Of a DNA stretch of 64,000 nucleotides, positions 51,720-64,000 are shown piece by piece; the stretch's first letter is position 1; the number at the start of each line of letters is the position of its first letter. The DNA is from Mobula hypostoma (taxonomy: Eukaryota). Made by a program: the position numbers and the translations under genes. Location: positions 152,520,001 to 152,584,000 of the forward strand of contig NC_086100.1 in the NCBI RefSeq assembly GCF_963921235.1, read 5' to 3'. The notes below the pieces were generated by a model. That model was given only the letters and a program-made list of their open reading frames with translations, did no database searches and was not told where the DNA came from.

Positions 51720-52989
51720 TAGTGCCATGTAGCTTATTCTACATTGAGCTTTTTGTGAACTTGCAAGCTATTGTGCAGATTTACAATGGGTTTAATTCAA
51801 ATGACAAGACTTATTGGAAGTTCTTAGTTACTATCTCCCAATGGAGATGTGGTGATTTAATAGTTAGTAGATTATCTAGAACTTTAAATTTAGATTTTAG
51901 AATCAGCTTTATTATCACTGACATAGGTCATGAAATTTGTCATTTTGCAGCAGCAGTACAGTGCAAGGCATAAAATTAGACCATAAGACGTAGGAGCAGA
52001 ATTGGTTCAGGCATTGCTCCACCATTATTAATTACAATAAATTACAATAAGAATATATAATAAATAAATGGTGCAAAATAATGAGGTAGTGTTTATGGGT
52101 TCATGGACTGTTCAAAAATCTGATGGTTGACGGAAGAAGCTGTTCCTAAAACATTAAGTGTGAAGCTTCAGTCTCCTGTACTGTACCTCCTCTCTGATGG
52201 TAGTAATGAGAAGAGGACATGTCTTGAATGACGAGGGTCCTTGAATGATGGACAACACCTTCTTGAGGATAGAAATGGTTAAATAATCTTATAAAGTATA
52301 AAAGGGGGAGGGGAAATAGATATATAAGTTACAATATTTCTTTGTTTTGAACTCATTGCTTGATTATAACAATGAGATTTCCATGCTTGCGAATTGTCTA
52401 TTCTTTGTATTCAATTATAGCATCCATGATGTTAAAATGTCATTTCTCCATTGGACTCCAAATGACTCAATATCATGAATTTGGCACTAAAACCTGGAAT
52501 TTTTAATTTGAAGAAAATTGGCTTGAGTTTTAATACATTGAAGCAGAATTATTGAGTGAAAATAAATTATAGTATTTCAACAGACACCTATATGGTGTCA
52601 AATTCTTCAGAGCAATCTCTACATTTGGATAATCTATGGAGATCATATGTGCAAATCAATGGAGTTTTAATGGTGGGTGAAGATACAATTTGAAACAACA
52701 TGGTCATTGGTGTTTGGGGAAATCCCAACCATGGAGTCACAATGACATCCATTGAGTAAAAAATACGGACAGAGGAAAAAAATCACACAGCAGAAAAAAA
52801 TCACAGAGGAAGGTTGGGCTCAGGTAGATGTATAGTGGGCAAATTCCCCTCCACCATTCACATGTTCCTTTTATTTTTGGTGCCATCATTATTACAAGAT
52901 TACAGGTATTCCTCGATTTATGAATGATAAGCTTACAAAATTTTGGTATAATGCCATTCACTCTTACATATCATTAGTGTACACATCTA

Positions 52990-53350
52990 TACTCAGTAGC
53001 CACTTTATTGGGTACACCTTTAGTATGCCAACTCATTAATGCAACTATCTGATCAGCAAATCATGTGGCAGCAACTCAATGCATCAAAACATGCTGGTGT
53101 GGTCAAGAGGTTCAGAATGGGGAAGAAATGTGATCTAAGTGACTTTGACTGTGGAATGATTGTTGGTGCCAAATAGGGTAGTTTGAGTAACTCAGAATCT
53201 GCTGATTTTGTGGGATTTTCACACACAGCAGTCTCTAGAGTTTACAGAGAATTGCAGTTCTGTGGCCAAAAGTGTCTTGTTAATGAGTGAGGTCAGAGGA
53301 GAATGGACAGACTGGTTTGAGCTGACAGGAAGATGACAGTAACTCAATTA
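52990..53350 (+). mobile_element. Tc1-like transposon 5' fragment (second family)
   Basis: TIR-like tactcagtagccactttatt; MGKKCDLSDFDCGMIVGA transposase start at 53117. Confidence 0.8.
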
Positions 53351-53579
53351 ACCAGGAGAGGTTTAAAAAAAGTGTCTTGCTTTTCAGAACTTTTCGAAGG
53401 GCTGCAAATATAACAATCTCTTAGGCATTCAGCAGGGGCCAATAAAAAGAAATGAGACGTAAGTGGAGTGGCCATTGATGGAGTGGACAGTGTTATAGTG
53501 GCCAGGCTTTGGCTTAACAGGCTTCGACTAAAACCTAACCAGACAGAGTATAAATCCAATAATTACCAACCTTCTATTT

Positions 53580-56500
53580 CTTTGTTCCTTTTGCTATCCA
53601 GACAGATGCAGACTAGAACTTAAGCTTTAGAAATTCAAGGTATAACAAGTGTAGGCAGGATAGTAGTTAAGGCAGTTGGATGGTCCTCCTGGGAGATGTG
53701 GGATTTCAGGGTACCAAATGATCTCCCTGGTGACATACTTCTCCAGGAAGTGCACCCAGCTTTAGCTCCTGACTGTCAAGGTCAAAGCACTGGAGCAGGA
53801 GCTGGATGTACTCAGGACCATATGGGAGGCAGAAAACATCATAGATGAGTCTTTTACTGAAGTGATCGCACCCAGGCTGCAGGCTTCACATAGTAGATGG
53901 GTGACCACAGGGAGAGTAAGGGCAGTACAGGATTCCCCCCGTGGCCACTCCCCTCAGCAACTATACCCCCTTTCAATACTGCTGGGTGGGGATCATGGCA
54001 CAGCAGCAGCAACCAGGCCAGTGGCACTTTGGCCAGCTCTGAATCTCAGCAGGAAAGGGTAAAGTCAGGCAGAGCAATAATGATAGGAGACTCGATAGTT
54101 AGGGGGACGGATGGAGATTCTGTGGCCACGAAAGACACTAGGATGGTGTGATTCGTCCTAGGTGCTAGGATTCAGGATGTCTTAGAGCAGCTGCTGAAGA
54201 TTCTTGAGAAGGAGGGTGAGGAGCCAGAGGGAGTGGGGCACATTGGCACCAAAGACATGGGAAGAAATACTGCACAGTGAGTATGGGGAATTCGAGAAAA
54301 GGCTGAAGAACAGTTCCTCCAAGGTAGTAATTTCTGGATTACTCCTAGTACCATGTTCTAGTCAAGGCAGGAATAGGATGATAGTACAGATGAATGAGTG
54401 GCTGAGGAAGTGGAGCAGGGACCATTGTTTCTGGATCATGGGGAATTCTTTTGGGTATGACCTGTTTAAAAAAAAAAAAAAAAAAAAAAAAATTGGGTTA
54501 CAGCTCAACCCAAGGAGGACCAATATCCTATCAGGCATGTTTGCTAGAGTTGTTGCGGAGGGTTTAAGCTAACTTGGCAGGCGATGGGAACCAGAGTGAC
54601 AGAGCGGATGATGAGGTCATTGGTATACAAGTAGACGCAGTGTTGTGAAGCTGTGAGGAAGGACAGGCAGATGATAGGGCAAATTTGCAGTCAGTGGAAT
54701 GAGTTGAAGTGTAACATGGGTGTAAAATTGAAAAAGGTGATGAATATAGGACTGAAGAATGCATGCAGTATATGGAATAAGGTAAATGATCGTGTAGTAC
54801 ATTTAGAGATTGGCAGGAATGACGTGCACATTATTGAGTCATGGTTGAAAGAAGATCATTGTGAAGAGCTAAACATACAACGATACATATCGTGTCATAA
54901 GATCAGACTGGTAAGCAGAGGGGGTGGGCTGGCTCTATTGGTAAAGACTGACAACAAATTCTGAGAAAGAGGTGACATAGGATTAGAAGATGTAAAATCT
55001 TGTGGCAGAGTTAAGAAACTGTAAGGGTAAAAGGACCCTAATGGGAGTTTTATAAAGGCCTCTGAAATGTAGCCAGGATGTGGGATATAAATTACAACCG
55101 GAGATTTTCAAAAAAGCATGTAGAAACAGTAATGTTCCAATGGTCATGGGGGATTTAAATTTGTAGGTAAGATTAGGAAAATCAGTATGGTGATGGATCC
55201 CAAGAGAGGGAATTTTTAGAGCAGCTTGAGATTGAATCCATTATAAGACATAAGACCATAAGAGATAGGAGCAGAATTAGTCCATCTGGCCCATTGAGTC
55301 TGCCCCACTGTTCAATTATGGCTGATCCTTTTTTTTTCTCCTCCTTAACCCCAGTTCCCAGCCTCCTCCCTGTAAGCTGTGTTGCCATGTCTAATCAAGA
55401 GCCTATCAATCTCTGACTTAAATACACCCAACAACCTGGCATCCACAGCTGCATGTGGCAACAATTCCACAAATTCACCACCCTTTGGCTAAAGAAATTT
55501 CTCCATATCTCTGTTTTGAAAGGGCTCCCCTCTATCCTGAGTCTGTGTCCTCTTGTCCAAGACTCTCCCGCCATGGGAAACATTCTTTTCACTTCTACTC
55601 TGTCTAGGCCTTTCAACATTCAAAAGATTTCAATGAGATCCCCCTCAACCTTCTGAATTCCAGTGAATACCTACCCAGAGCCATCAAAGGTTCCTTGTAT
55701 GATAACCCTTTCATTCCTGGAATCATCCTTGTGAACCTCCTCTGGACCCTCTCCAATGCCAGCACATCTTTTCTCAGATGAGGGGCCAAAAACTGCTCAC
55801 AATACTCACCAGTGCCTTATAAAGCCTCAGCATCATATCTTTGCTCTTGTGTTCTAGACCTCTTGAAATGAATGCTAATATGGCATTTGCCTTCCTCACC
55901 ACCAACTCGACCTGTAAGTTAACCTTTAGGGTGTTCTGCACAAAGACTCCCAAGTCCCTTTGCATCTCAGATTTTTGGATTTTCTCCCCATTTAGAAAAT
56001 AGTCCACACATTTATTTCTACTACCCAAGTGCATGACCATTCATTTTCCAACTTTGGATTTCATTTGTCACTTTTTGCCCATTCTCCTAATCTGTCTCAG
56101 TCTTTCTGCATCCTACCTGTTTCCTCAACACTACCTGCCTTTCCACCAATCTTCATATCATCTGCAAACTTGGCAACAAAGCCATCTATTCCATCATCTA
56201 AATCACTGATATACAGTATAAAAAGAAGCAGTCCCAACACCAACCCTTACAGAATACCACTAGTCACTGGCAGCCAACCAGAAAAGGATCCTTTTATTCC
56301 CACTTGCTGCCTCCTACTAATCAGCCAGTGCTCTAACCATGTTAGTAACTTTTTTGTAATACCTTGGTTGTTAACTTGGTAAGCAGCCTCATGTGTGACA
56401 CCTTGTCAAAGGCCTTCTGAAAGTCCAAATATAAAACGTCCACTGCATCCCCTTTATCTATCCTACTCGTAATCTCCTCAAAGAATTCCAACAGATTCGT

Positions 56501-57845
56501 CAGGCAGGATTTTCCCTGAAGGAAACCATGCTGACTTTTTCCTATCTTGTCCTGTGTCACCAAGTACACCATCACCTCATCCTTAACAATTGACTCTAAC
56601 ATCTTCCCAACCATTGAGGACAGGCTAACTAGTCTATAATTTCCTTTCTGCTGCCTTTCTCCTTTCTTAAAGAGTGGAGTGACATTTGCAATTTCCAGTC
56701 CTCTGGCACCATGCCAGAGTCCAATGATTTTTGAAAGATCATTTCTAATGCCACCACAATCTCTAATGCTACCTCTTTCAGAACCCTAGAGTGCAGTTCC
56801 TCTGGTCTGGGTGTCTTATGTACCTTTAGGTCTTTCAGCTTTTTGATCACCTTCTCTCTGGTAATAGTAACTGCACCCACTTCTCTTCCTTCACACACTC
56901 CAACATCTGGCCTTTTTTAGTTGGCTGCCGGTGACCAGTGATGTGTTGCAAGGGTCTCTGCTGGGACCGTTTCTTTTGAAGTTATATATCATTGGTTGTT
57001 TGACGGAATTGATAGCTCTGTTTGTGGATGATACAAAGATAGGTGGAGTGGCATGTAGTATTGGAGTAGGGAGTTTGCAGGAGGACTTAAAGAGATCAGG
57101 AGACTGGGCAAAAAAGTGGCAGATGGAATATAGTGTAGGGAAGTATATGGTCATGCACTTTCGTAGAAGGAATAAAGGTGTAGACTTTCCTAAACAGGGA
57201 GATAATTCAGAAATCAGAGGTATTGCGAGTCCTCATGCAGGATCCCTTAAAGATTAACTTGTAGGTTGAGTCAGTGATAAGGAAGGCAAATGTAATTTTA
57301 GCAGTCATTTCGAGAGGACTAGAATATAAGAGCAAAGATGTAATGCTGAAGCTTTATAAGGCACTAGTCAGACTGCATTTGGAATATTGTGAGCAGTTTT
57401 GAAACGACGTGCTGGCATTGGAGAGGGTCCAGAGGAGGTTCACGAGAACGACTCAAGGTTTCGTGGCTTGGGTCCTGGACTCGCTGGAATTTAGAAGAAT
57501 GAGGGGATCTCATTAAGACTTATCAAATATTGAAAGGCCTAGATAGAGTGGACATGGAGAGGATATTTCCCATTGTGGGTGAGTCTAGGACCTGAGGGTA
57601 CAGCCTCAGAATCGAGGTACATCCATTTAGAACAGAGTTGAGGAGGAATTTCTTTAGCCAGAGGGTAGTGAATCTGTGGAATTTGTTGCCACGGACAGCA
57701 GTGGAGGCCAAGTCATTGAATTTATTTAAAGCAGCAGTTGATATGTTCTTGATTAGTTAGGGTATCAAAGGTCAAGGAGAGCAGGTTGGAGAATAGGGTT
57801 GAGAGGGATAATGAATCAGCCATGATGGAAAATGGAGCTGATTGC
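53580..57845 (+). mobile_element. Decayed long CR1 (ORF1 esterase IGDSIVRG, endonuclease start, RT end) interrupted by an inverted CR1
   Basis: ORF1 remnants 53650-54570 with an A25 run at 54468-54492; EN remnant 54750-55230; RT resumes ~56905. Confidence 0.8.
55243..56905 (-). mobile_element. CR1 LINE, 5' truncated
   Basis: QHGFLQGKSCLTNL, YLDFQKAFDKV; own 3' tail at 55243. Confidence 0.9.
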
Positions 57846-58275
57846 TGATTGAATAATGGTCTGTAAGAGACGAGAGTGCATGTTGACTTCTGCTAATTAT
57901 GGTTGGATGGGGAGTTAATTGGACTGAAAAATTATCTCATTCAAACTGATGGCAAGGGCCAGAAGTTGTGGCTTGTAAAGTCTCAGGTTTGTATTTTGTC
58001 ATTGCTGAAGTCAACAAGGCAATAAGACAATATTAATGCATAGCAACTCTCACAAACAACAGATTAGTCCATTTTAGGATTGTTGTACAGAGAACCAATA
58101 GTGGCCAGGGCATTTGGGTCAATTTCCTGGGTTCCCCTTGCTCTAGCTATCCCTGTCTCTCCTCTTTGTAATTTAAAAATGTATTTGTTTTCTTGCTTTT
58201 CAGGTTCTGAAACAATAATTTTATTTCTCTTTTGACAGATGCTGTTGACCTGCTGAGTTTTTCCAGGTTTTATTT

Positions 58276-59703
58276 GATTTGATTATGGGGAGCAAGGATA
58301 TGGCAGACCAATTGAATAATTACTTTGGTTCTGTCTTCACTAAGGAGGACATAAATAATCTTCCAGAAATAGTAGGGGACAGAGGGTCCAGTGGGATGGA
58401 GGAACTGAGCAAAATACATGTTAGTAGGGAAGTGGTATTAGGTAAATTGAAGGGATTGAAGGCAGATAAATCCCCAGGGCCAGATGGTCTGCATCCTAGA
58501 GTGCTTAAGGAAGTAGCCCAAGAAATAGTAGATGCATTAGTGATAATTTTTCAAAACTCGTTAGATTCTGGACTAGTTCCTGAGGATTGGAGGGTGGCTA
58601 ATGTAACTCCACTTTTTAAAAAAGGAGGGAGAGAGAAACCGGGAAATTATAGACCGGTTAGCCTAACGTCGGTGGTGGGGAAACTGCTGGAGTCAGTTAT
58701 CAAGGATGTGATAACAGCACATTTGGAAAGCGGTGAAATGATCGGACAAAGTCAGCATGGATTTGTGAAAGGAAAATCATGTCTGACGAATCTCATAGAA
58801 TTTTTTGAGGATGTAACTGGTAGAGTGGATAGGGGAGAACCAGTGGATGTGGTATATTTGGATTTTCAAAAGGCTTTTGACAAGGTCCCACACAGGAGAT
58901 TAGTGTGCAAACTTAAAGCACACAGTATTGGGGGTAAGGTATTGGTGTGGGTGGAGAATTGGTTAGCAGACAGGAAGCAAAGAGTGGGAATAAACGGGAC
59001 CTTTTCAGAATGGCAGGCGGTGACTAGAGGGGTACCGCAAGCCTCAGTGCTGGGACCCCAGTTGTTTACAATATATATTAATGACTTGGATGAGGGAATT
59101 AAATGCAGCATCTCCAAGTTGTACAAGGCCTTGGTGAGACCACACCTGGAGTATTGTGTGCAGTTTTGGTCCCCTAATCTGAGGAAAGACATCCTTGCCG
59201 TAGAGGGAGTACAAAGAAGGTTCACCAGATTGATTCCTGGGATGGCAGGACTTTCATATGAAGAAAGACTGGATGAACTGGGCTTGTACTCATTGGAATT
59301 TAGAAGATTGAGGGGGGATCTGATTGAAACGTATAAGATCCTAAAGGGATTGGACAGGCTAGATGCAGGAAGAATGTTCCCGATGTTGGGGAAGTCCAGA
59401 ACGAGGGGCCACAGTTTGAGGATAGAGGGGAAGCCTTTTAGGACCGAGATTAGGAAAAACTTCTTCACACAAAGAGTGGTGAATCTGTGGAATTCTCTGC
59501 CACAGGAAACAGTTGAAGCCAGTTCATTGGCTATATTTAAGAGGGAGTTAGATATGGCCCTTGTGGCTACGGGGGTCAGGGGGTATGGAGGGAAGGCTGG
59601 GGCGGGGTTCTGAGTTGGAGGATCAGCCATGATGATAATAAATGGCAGTGCAGGCTCAAAGGGCTGAATGGCCTACTCCTGCACCTATTTTCTATGTTTC
59701 TAT
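58276..59703 (+). mobile_element. Young CR1 LINE with internal in-frame deletion (444-aa ORF)
   Basis: ORF 58279-59613 has CR1 RT motifs but jumps CSISK|LYKAL. Confidence 0.92.
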
Positions 59704-60057
59704 TTCAGGTTTCCATGCTCTATAGTGCTCCATCAATGGGTTTGATTGCATTTGCACAGAAGAGCCGGCTTAAGCCTCACGTAACATGCAGGTGGTTTCT
59801 GTTGTGCTGAAATAGACAATGGAGATAACAAACAATAAGCCACTCTTGATTGCCTGCTGGTGGCTCTCACTGAATGAGAGTGGGATTAATGTTACTCTTG
59901 ATAGCCCCAATCAAAGCATCTGGTTATATTCATTCTGGGCTCTGACTGGAGCAGAAAATTAAAACAAGTAGAAATAGTGCTAAACTGAATTATTGTGGTA
60001 ATAATGTAAAGGATATTGAGCTGAACTGAGCAGATGCATTTGTGCTGTGTTATATAG

Positions 60058-60132
60058 GTGGCTCTCTTAGTAGCAGCTGAATTCTGGGAACAGGGAGACT
60101 TGGAACGGACTGTATTGCAGCAAAATCCTATT
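60058..60132 (+). CDS. PDE6A: PDE6A exon 19 (75 bp)
   Basis: atag|GTG...ATT|gtgagt; [25 protein letters not shown]. Confidence 0.96.
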
Positions 60133-60294
60133 GTGAGTATGGAACAATATACAATACTTTATATCAGCTTAAAGTAAAAATTTACAACGTTAGGAAATAT
60201 TATTTATCCCCATACCTCTGTGCCAGTGCTCGTCCTCCACAAAAGCAGGCGCTGATCCTCTTCAAAGTTCAAAATCAATTTATTATCAAAGTAC

Positions 60295-61955
60295 AATGAG
60301 CTGAATACCTTCTATGCTCGTTTTGACCATCAAAAAATCGAGGAACCTTCATGAACCCCCACAGCCCCTAATAACCCTGTGATTTCAGTCTCTGAGGCTG
60401 AAGTGAGAGGAGGGTGAACCCATGGAAAGCATCCAGCCCAGATGGGGTAATTGGTTGAGTACTAAAGACCTATGCTGATCAACTGGCTGGAGTGATCACC
60501 AACATCTTTACCCTCTCACTTTAGCAGTCTGAGATAGCCACCTATTTCAAGCAGGGTTCAATTATATCAGTGCCTGAAAAGAACATGGTAATCTGCCTCA
60601 ATGACTATTGTCCAGTAACAGTTACATCCACTGTGATAAAATGCTTTGAGAGGTCGGTGATGAAACCTATCAACTCCTGTCTAAGAAATGCCTTGCAGGT
60701 GTTATTTCATTGGTTCTTCACTCAACCCTGGAACATCTGGACAGCAAAGATACATACATCAGGATATTCCTTATTGACTACAGTTCAACTTTATCATGCC
60801 CTCAAAACTTACCAGTAAACTACAAGACGTTGGCCTCAGTACCACCTTGTGCAATTGGATCCTTGATTTTTTTCACCTCCAGACCTCAGTCAATTTGGAT
60901 TGGCAACAACATCTCCTCCTTGGTCTCCCTCAGCACAGGTGCACCACAAAGCTATGTGTTTAACACCCTGCTCTACTCACTTTATACATATGCCTGTGAG
61001 GCTAAGCACACCTCCAACGCCATACTTAATTTGCTGATGGCACTATTGTTGTTGGCTGAATCAAAGCTGGTGATGAATCAGCATTTAGGAGGGAGACTGA
61101 AAATTTGGCTGAGTGGTGCCACAACAACCTCTCACACAATGTCAGAAAAAACAAGGAGCTGATTATTGATTTCAGGTGGAAGAAACCAGAGGTGCATGAG
61201 CCAATGCTTATGAGGTGGAAAGGGTCAGCAACTTTAAATTCCTTGTCGTTAGCACTTCAGATGATCTGTCCTGGGTTCGGTATATAAGTGCATTCTGAAG
61301 AAAGCACAGCAGCACCTCTACTTCCTCACAAGTTCGTAAAGATTCAGCATGACATCTAAAACTTTGACAATTTTCTACAAATGTGTAGTAGAGAGTATAC
61401 TGACTAGATGCATCGTAGTTTGGTATGGATATAGCTCAGTGCATCATGGTAAAGCCCTCCCTGCAACTGAGCACATCTACACGGAACATTGTTGCAAGAA
61501 ATCAGCATCCATCTTCAAGGACCCTAACCACCCAAGCCATGTCCTCTTCTTGGTGCTGCCATCAGGAAGAACGTACAGGAGCCTCAGGACTCACACTACA
61601 AGGCTCAGGAACAATTGTTACCCTCAACTGACAGGATGTTGAACCAGTGGGGATAACTTTACCTTGCCCCATCACTGAACTGTTTCCACAACACAAGACT
61701 CACTTTCAATGATTCTTAAACTCATGTTTTTGATATTTATTGCTTATTTATCTGTTTGTTTGTTTATTTACTTCCTTTTGTATTTTGACAGTTTGTTGTC
61801 TTTTGCACATTGGCTGTTTGTTCGTCCTGTTGGGTGCAGTCTTTCATTGATTCTATTATGTTTCTTAGAGTTACTGCATATGCCTGCAAGGAAGTGAATC
61901 TCAGGGTTGTATGTGATTACATATATGTACTTCGATAATAAATTTACTTTGAACT
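60295..61955 (+). mobile_element. Degenerate Rex1-like LINE nested in a reverse LINE tail (60262-62350)
   Basis: LNDYCPVTVTSTVIKCFER, TGAPQ, LPSGRTYRS; tail ttactttgaactt. Confidence 0.85.
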
Positions 61956-62816
61956 TTGCATATGTTGTCATATACTACCCTGAGATTCATTTTCTTGCAA
62001 GCACTTACAGTAGAACAAAGTAATGCAATGGACTCAAAGAAAAATACAAAAACTGACAAACAACTAATTGCAAGTACAAAGAAAATCCCCCAAAATAACT
62101 AAATAAACAATACTGAACATAGAACTGCAAGAGTTTGACAGTCCTTGAAATTGAGACCATGGGCTGTGGATTCAGTTCAGTGCTGAGGTGAGTGAAGTGC
62201 CACATGTTTCACAAACTGAATGGTTGAAGGGTATTAGCTGTTCCCAAACCTGGTGATATGGGACCTACGGCTCCTCTACCTCGTTGCTGACGGCATGGAT
62301 GGTGCAGTCTTGACAATGGATGCTGCTTTCTCGTTGCAGCACTCCATGTAGATGTAGTCTTTGTCTCATTCTATAACGATAGCCGTGTTATCCTTTCTCC
62401 CTCGTGTTTGTCAAGCTAACTGCATAATATTCTCGTCAAACACTCCAAGTGGTAGCAGGATCCAATAACTAATAGCTCTCTAGATAAAAATGTTGCCTCT
62501 AAATTCATAATTGGATTCATTATTGACACTCTCATACTGGCCTTTTTCTGGACTTTCTTTCATTTTACATTTATGATCTGTTTATAGTTTTAAAGATATC
62601 AGTTAGATCACCTCTTGACACTTTTTAAAAAGAAGGAATCCCGGCTTCATGTCCCATTGTAGGTCCTTGTAAATGGGAGCACATTTGCCACACAAGTGTT
62701 GACTTTATATCAAGCAATTTTAACAATAATGTTTTCCTAGATAAACAATATAACTCTACAATGTATTTAAAGCTCGCAGATTTTAACTTTTTAGTTCTGT
62801 TTGTTAAAATCCCTAG

Positions 62817-64000
<1,184 letters not shown>

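Noticed and set aside
58866-59630. 254-aa minus-strand ORF and similar antisense ORFs over LINEs
   Set aside because: Antisense shadow of CR1 ORF2; recurs in every copy

Overview
Eukaryotic, vertebrate, repeat-rich genomic DNA. The repeat landscape (V-SINE/HE1-like SINEs, abundant CR1, Rex1-like, Penelope and Tc1 elements) suggests a cartilaginous fish, probably a ray or skate (inference). The window holds 19 consecutive + strand exons (exons 2-20 by human numbering, 7838-62900) of a rod photoreceptor cGMP phosphodiesterase catalytic subunit, best matching PDE6A. All introns are GT-AG, the exon lengths match the human gene as I recall it, and the spliced frame stays open. Exon 1 lies upstream and exons 21-22 downstream of the window. 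Most of the introns are retroelement and DNA-transposon relics, often nested. Most notable non-routine signals: (i) a candidate three-exon antisense transcript nested in intron 16, with strong splice sites and a phase-consistent 117-codon ORF; (ii) minimal type I hammerhead ribozyme motifs in Penelope-like element ends; (iii) a foldback element with self-perfected sub-hairpins; (iv) a 91-bp local duplication fused to a truncated LINE; (v) a CR1 with an in-frame deletion of its RT catalytic motif.
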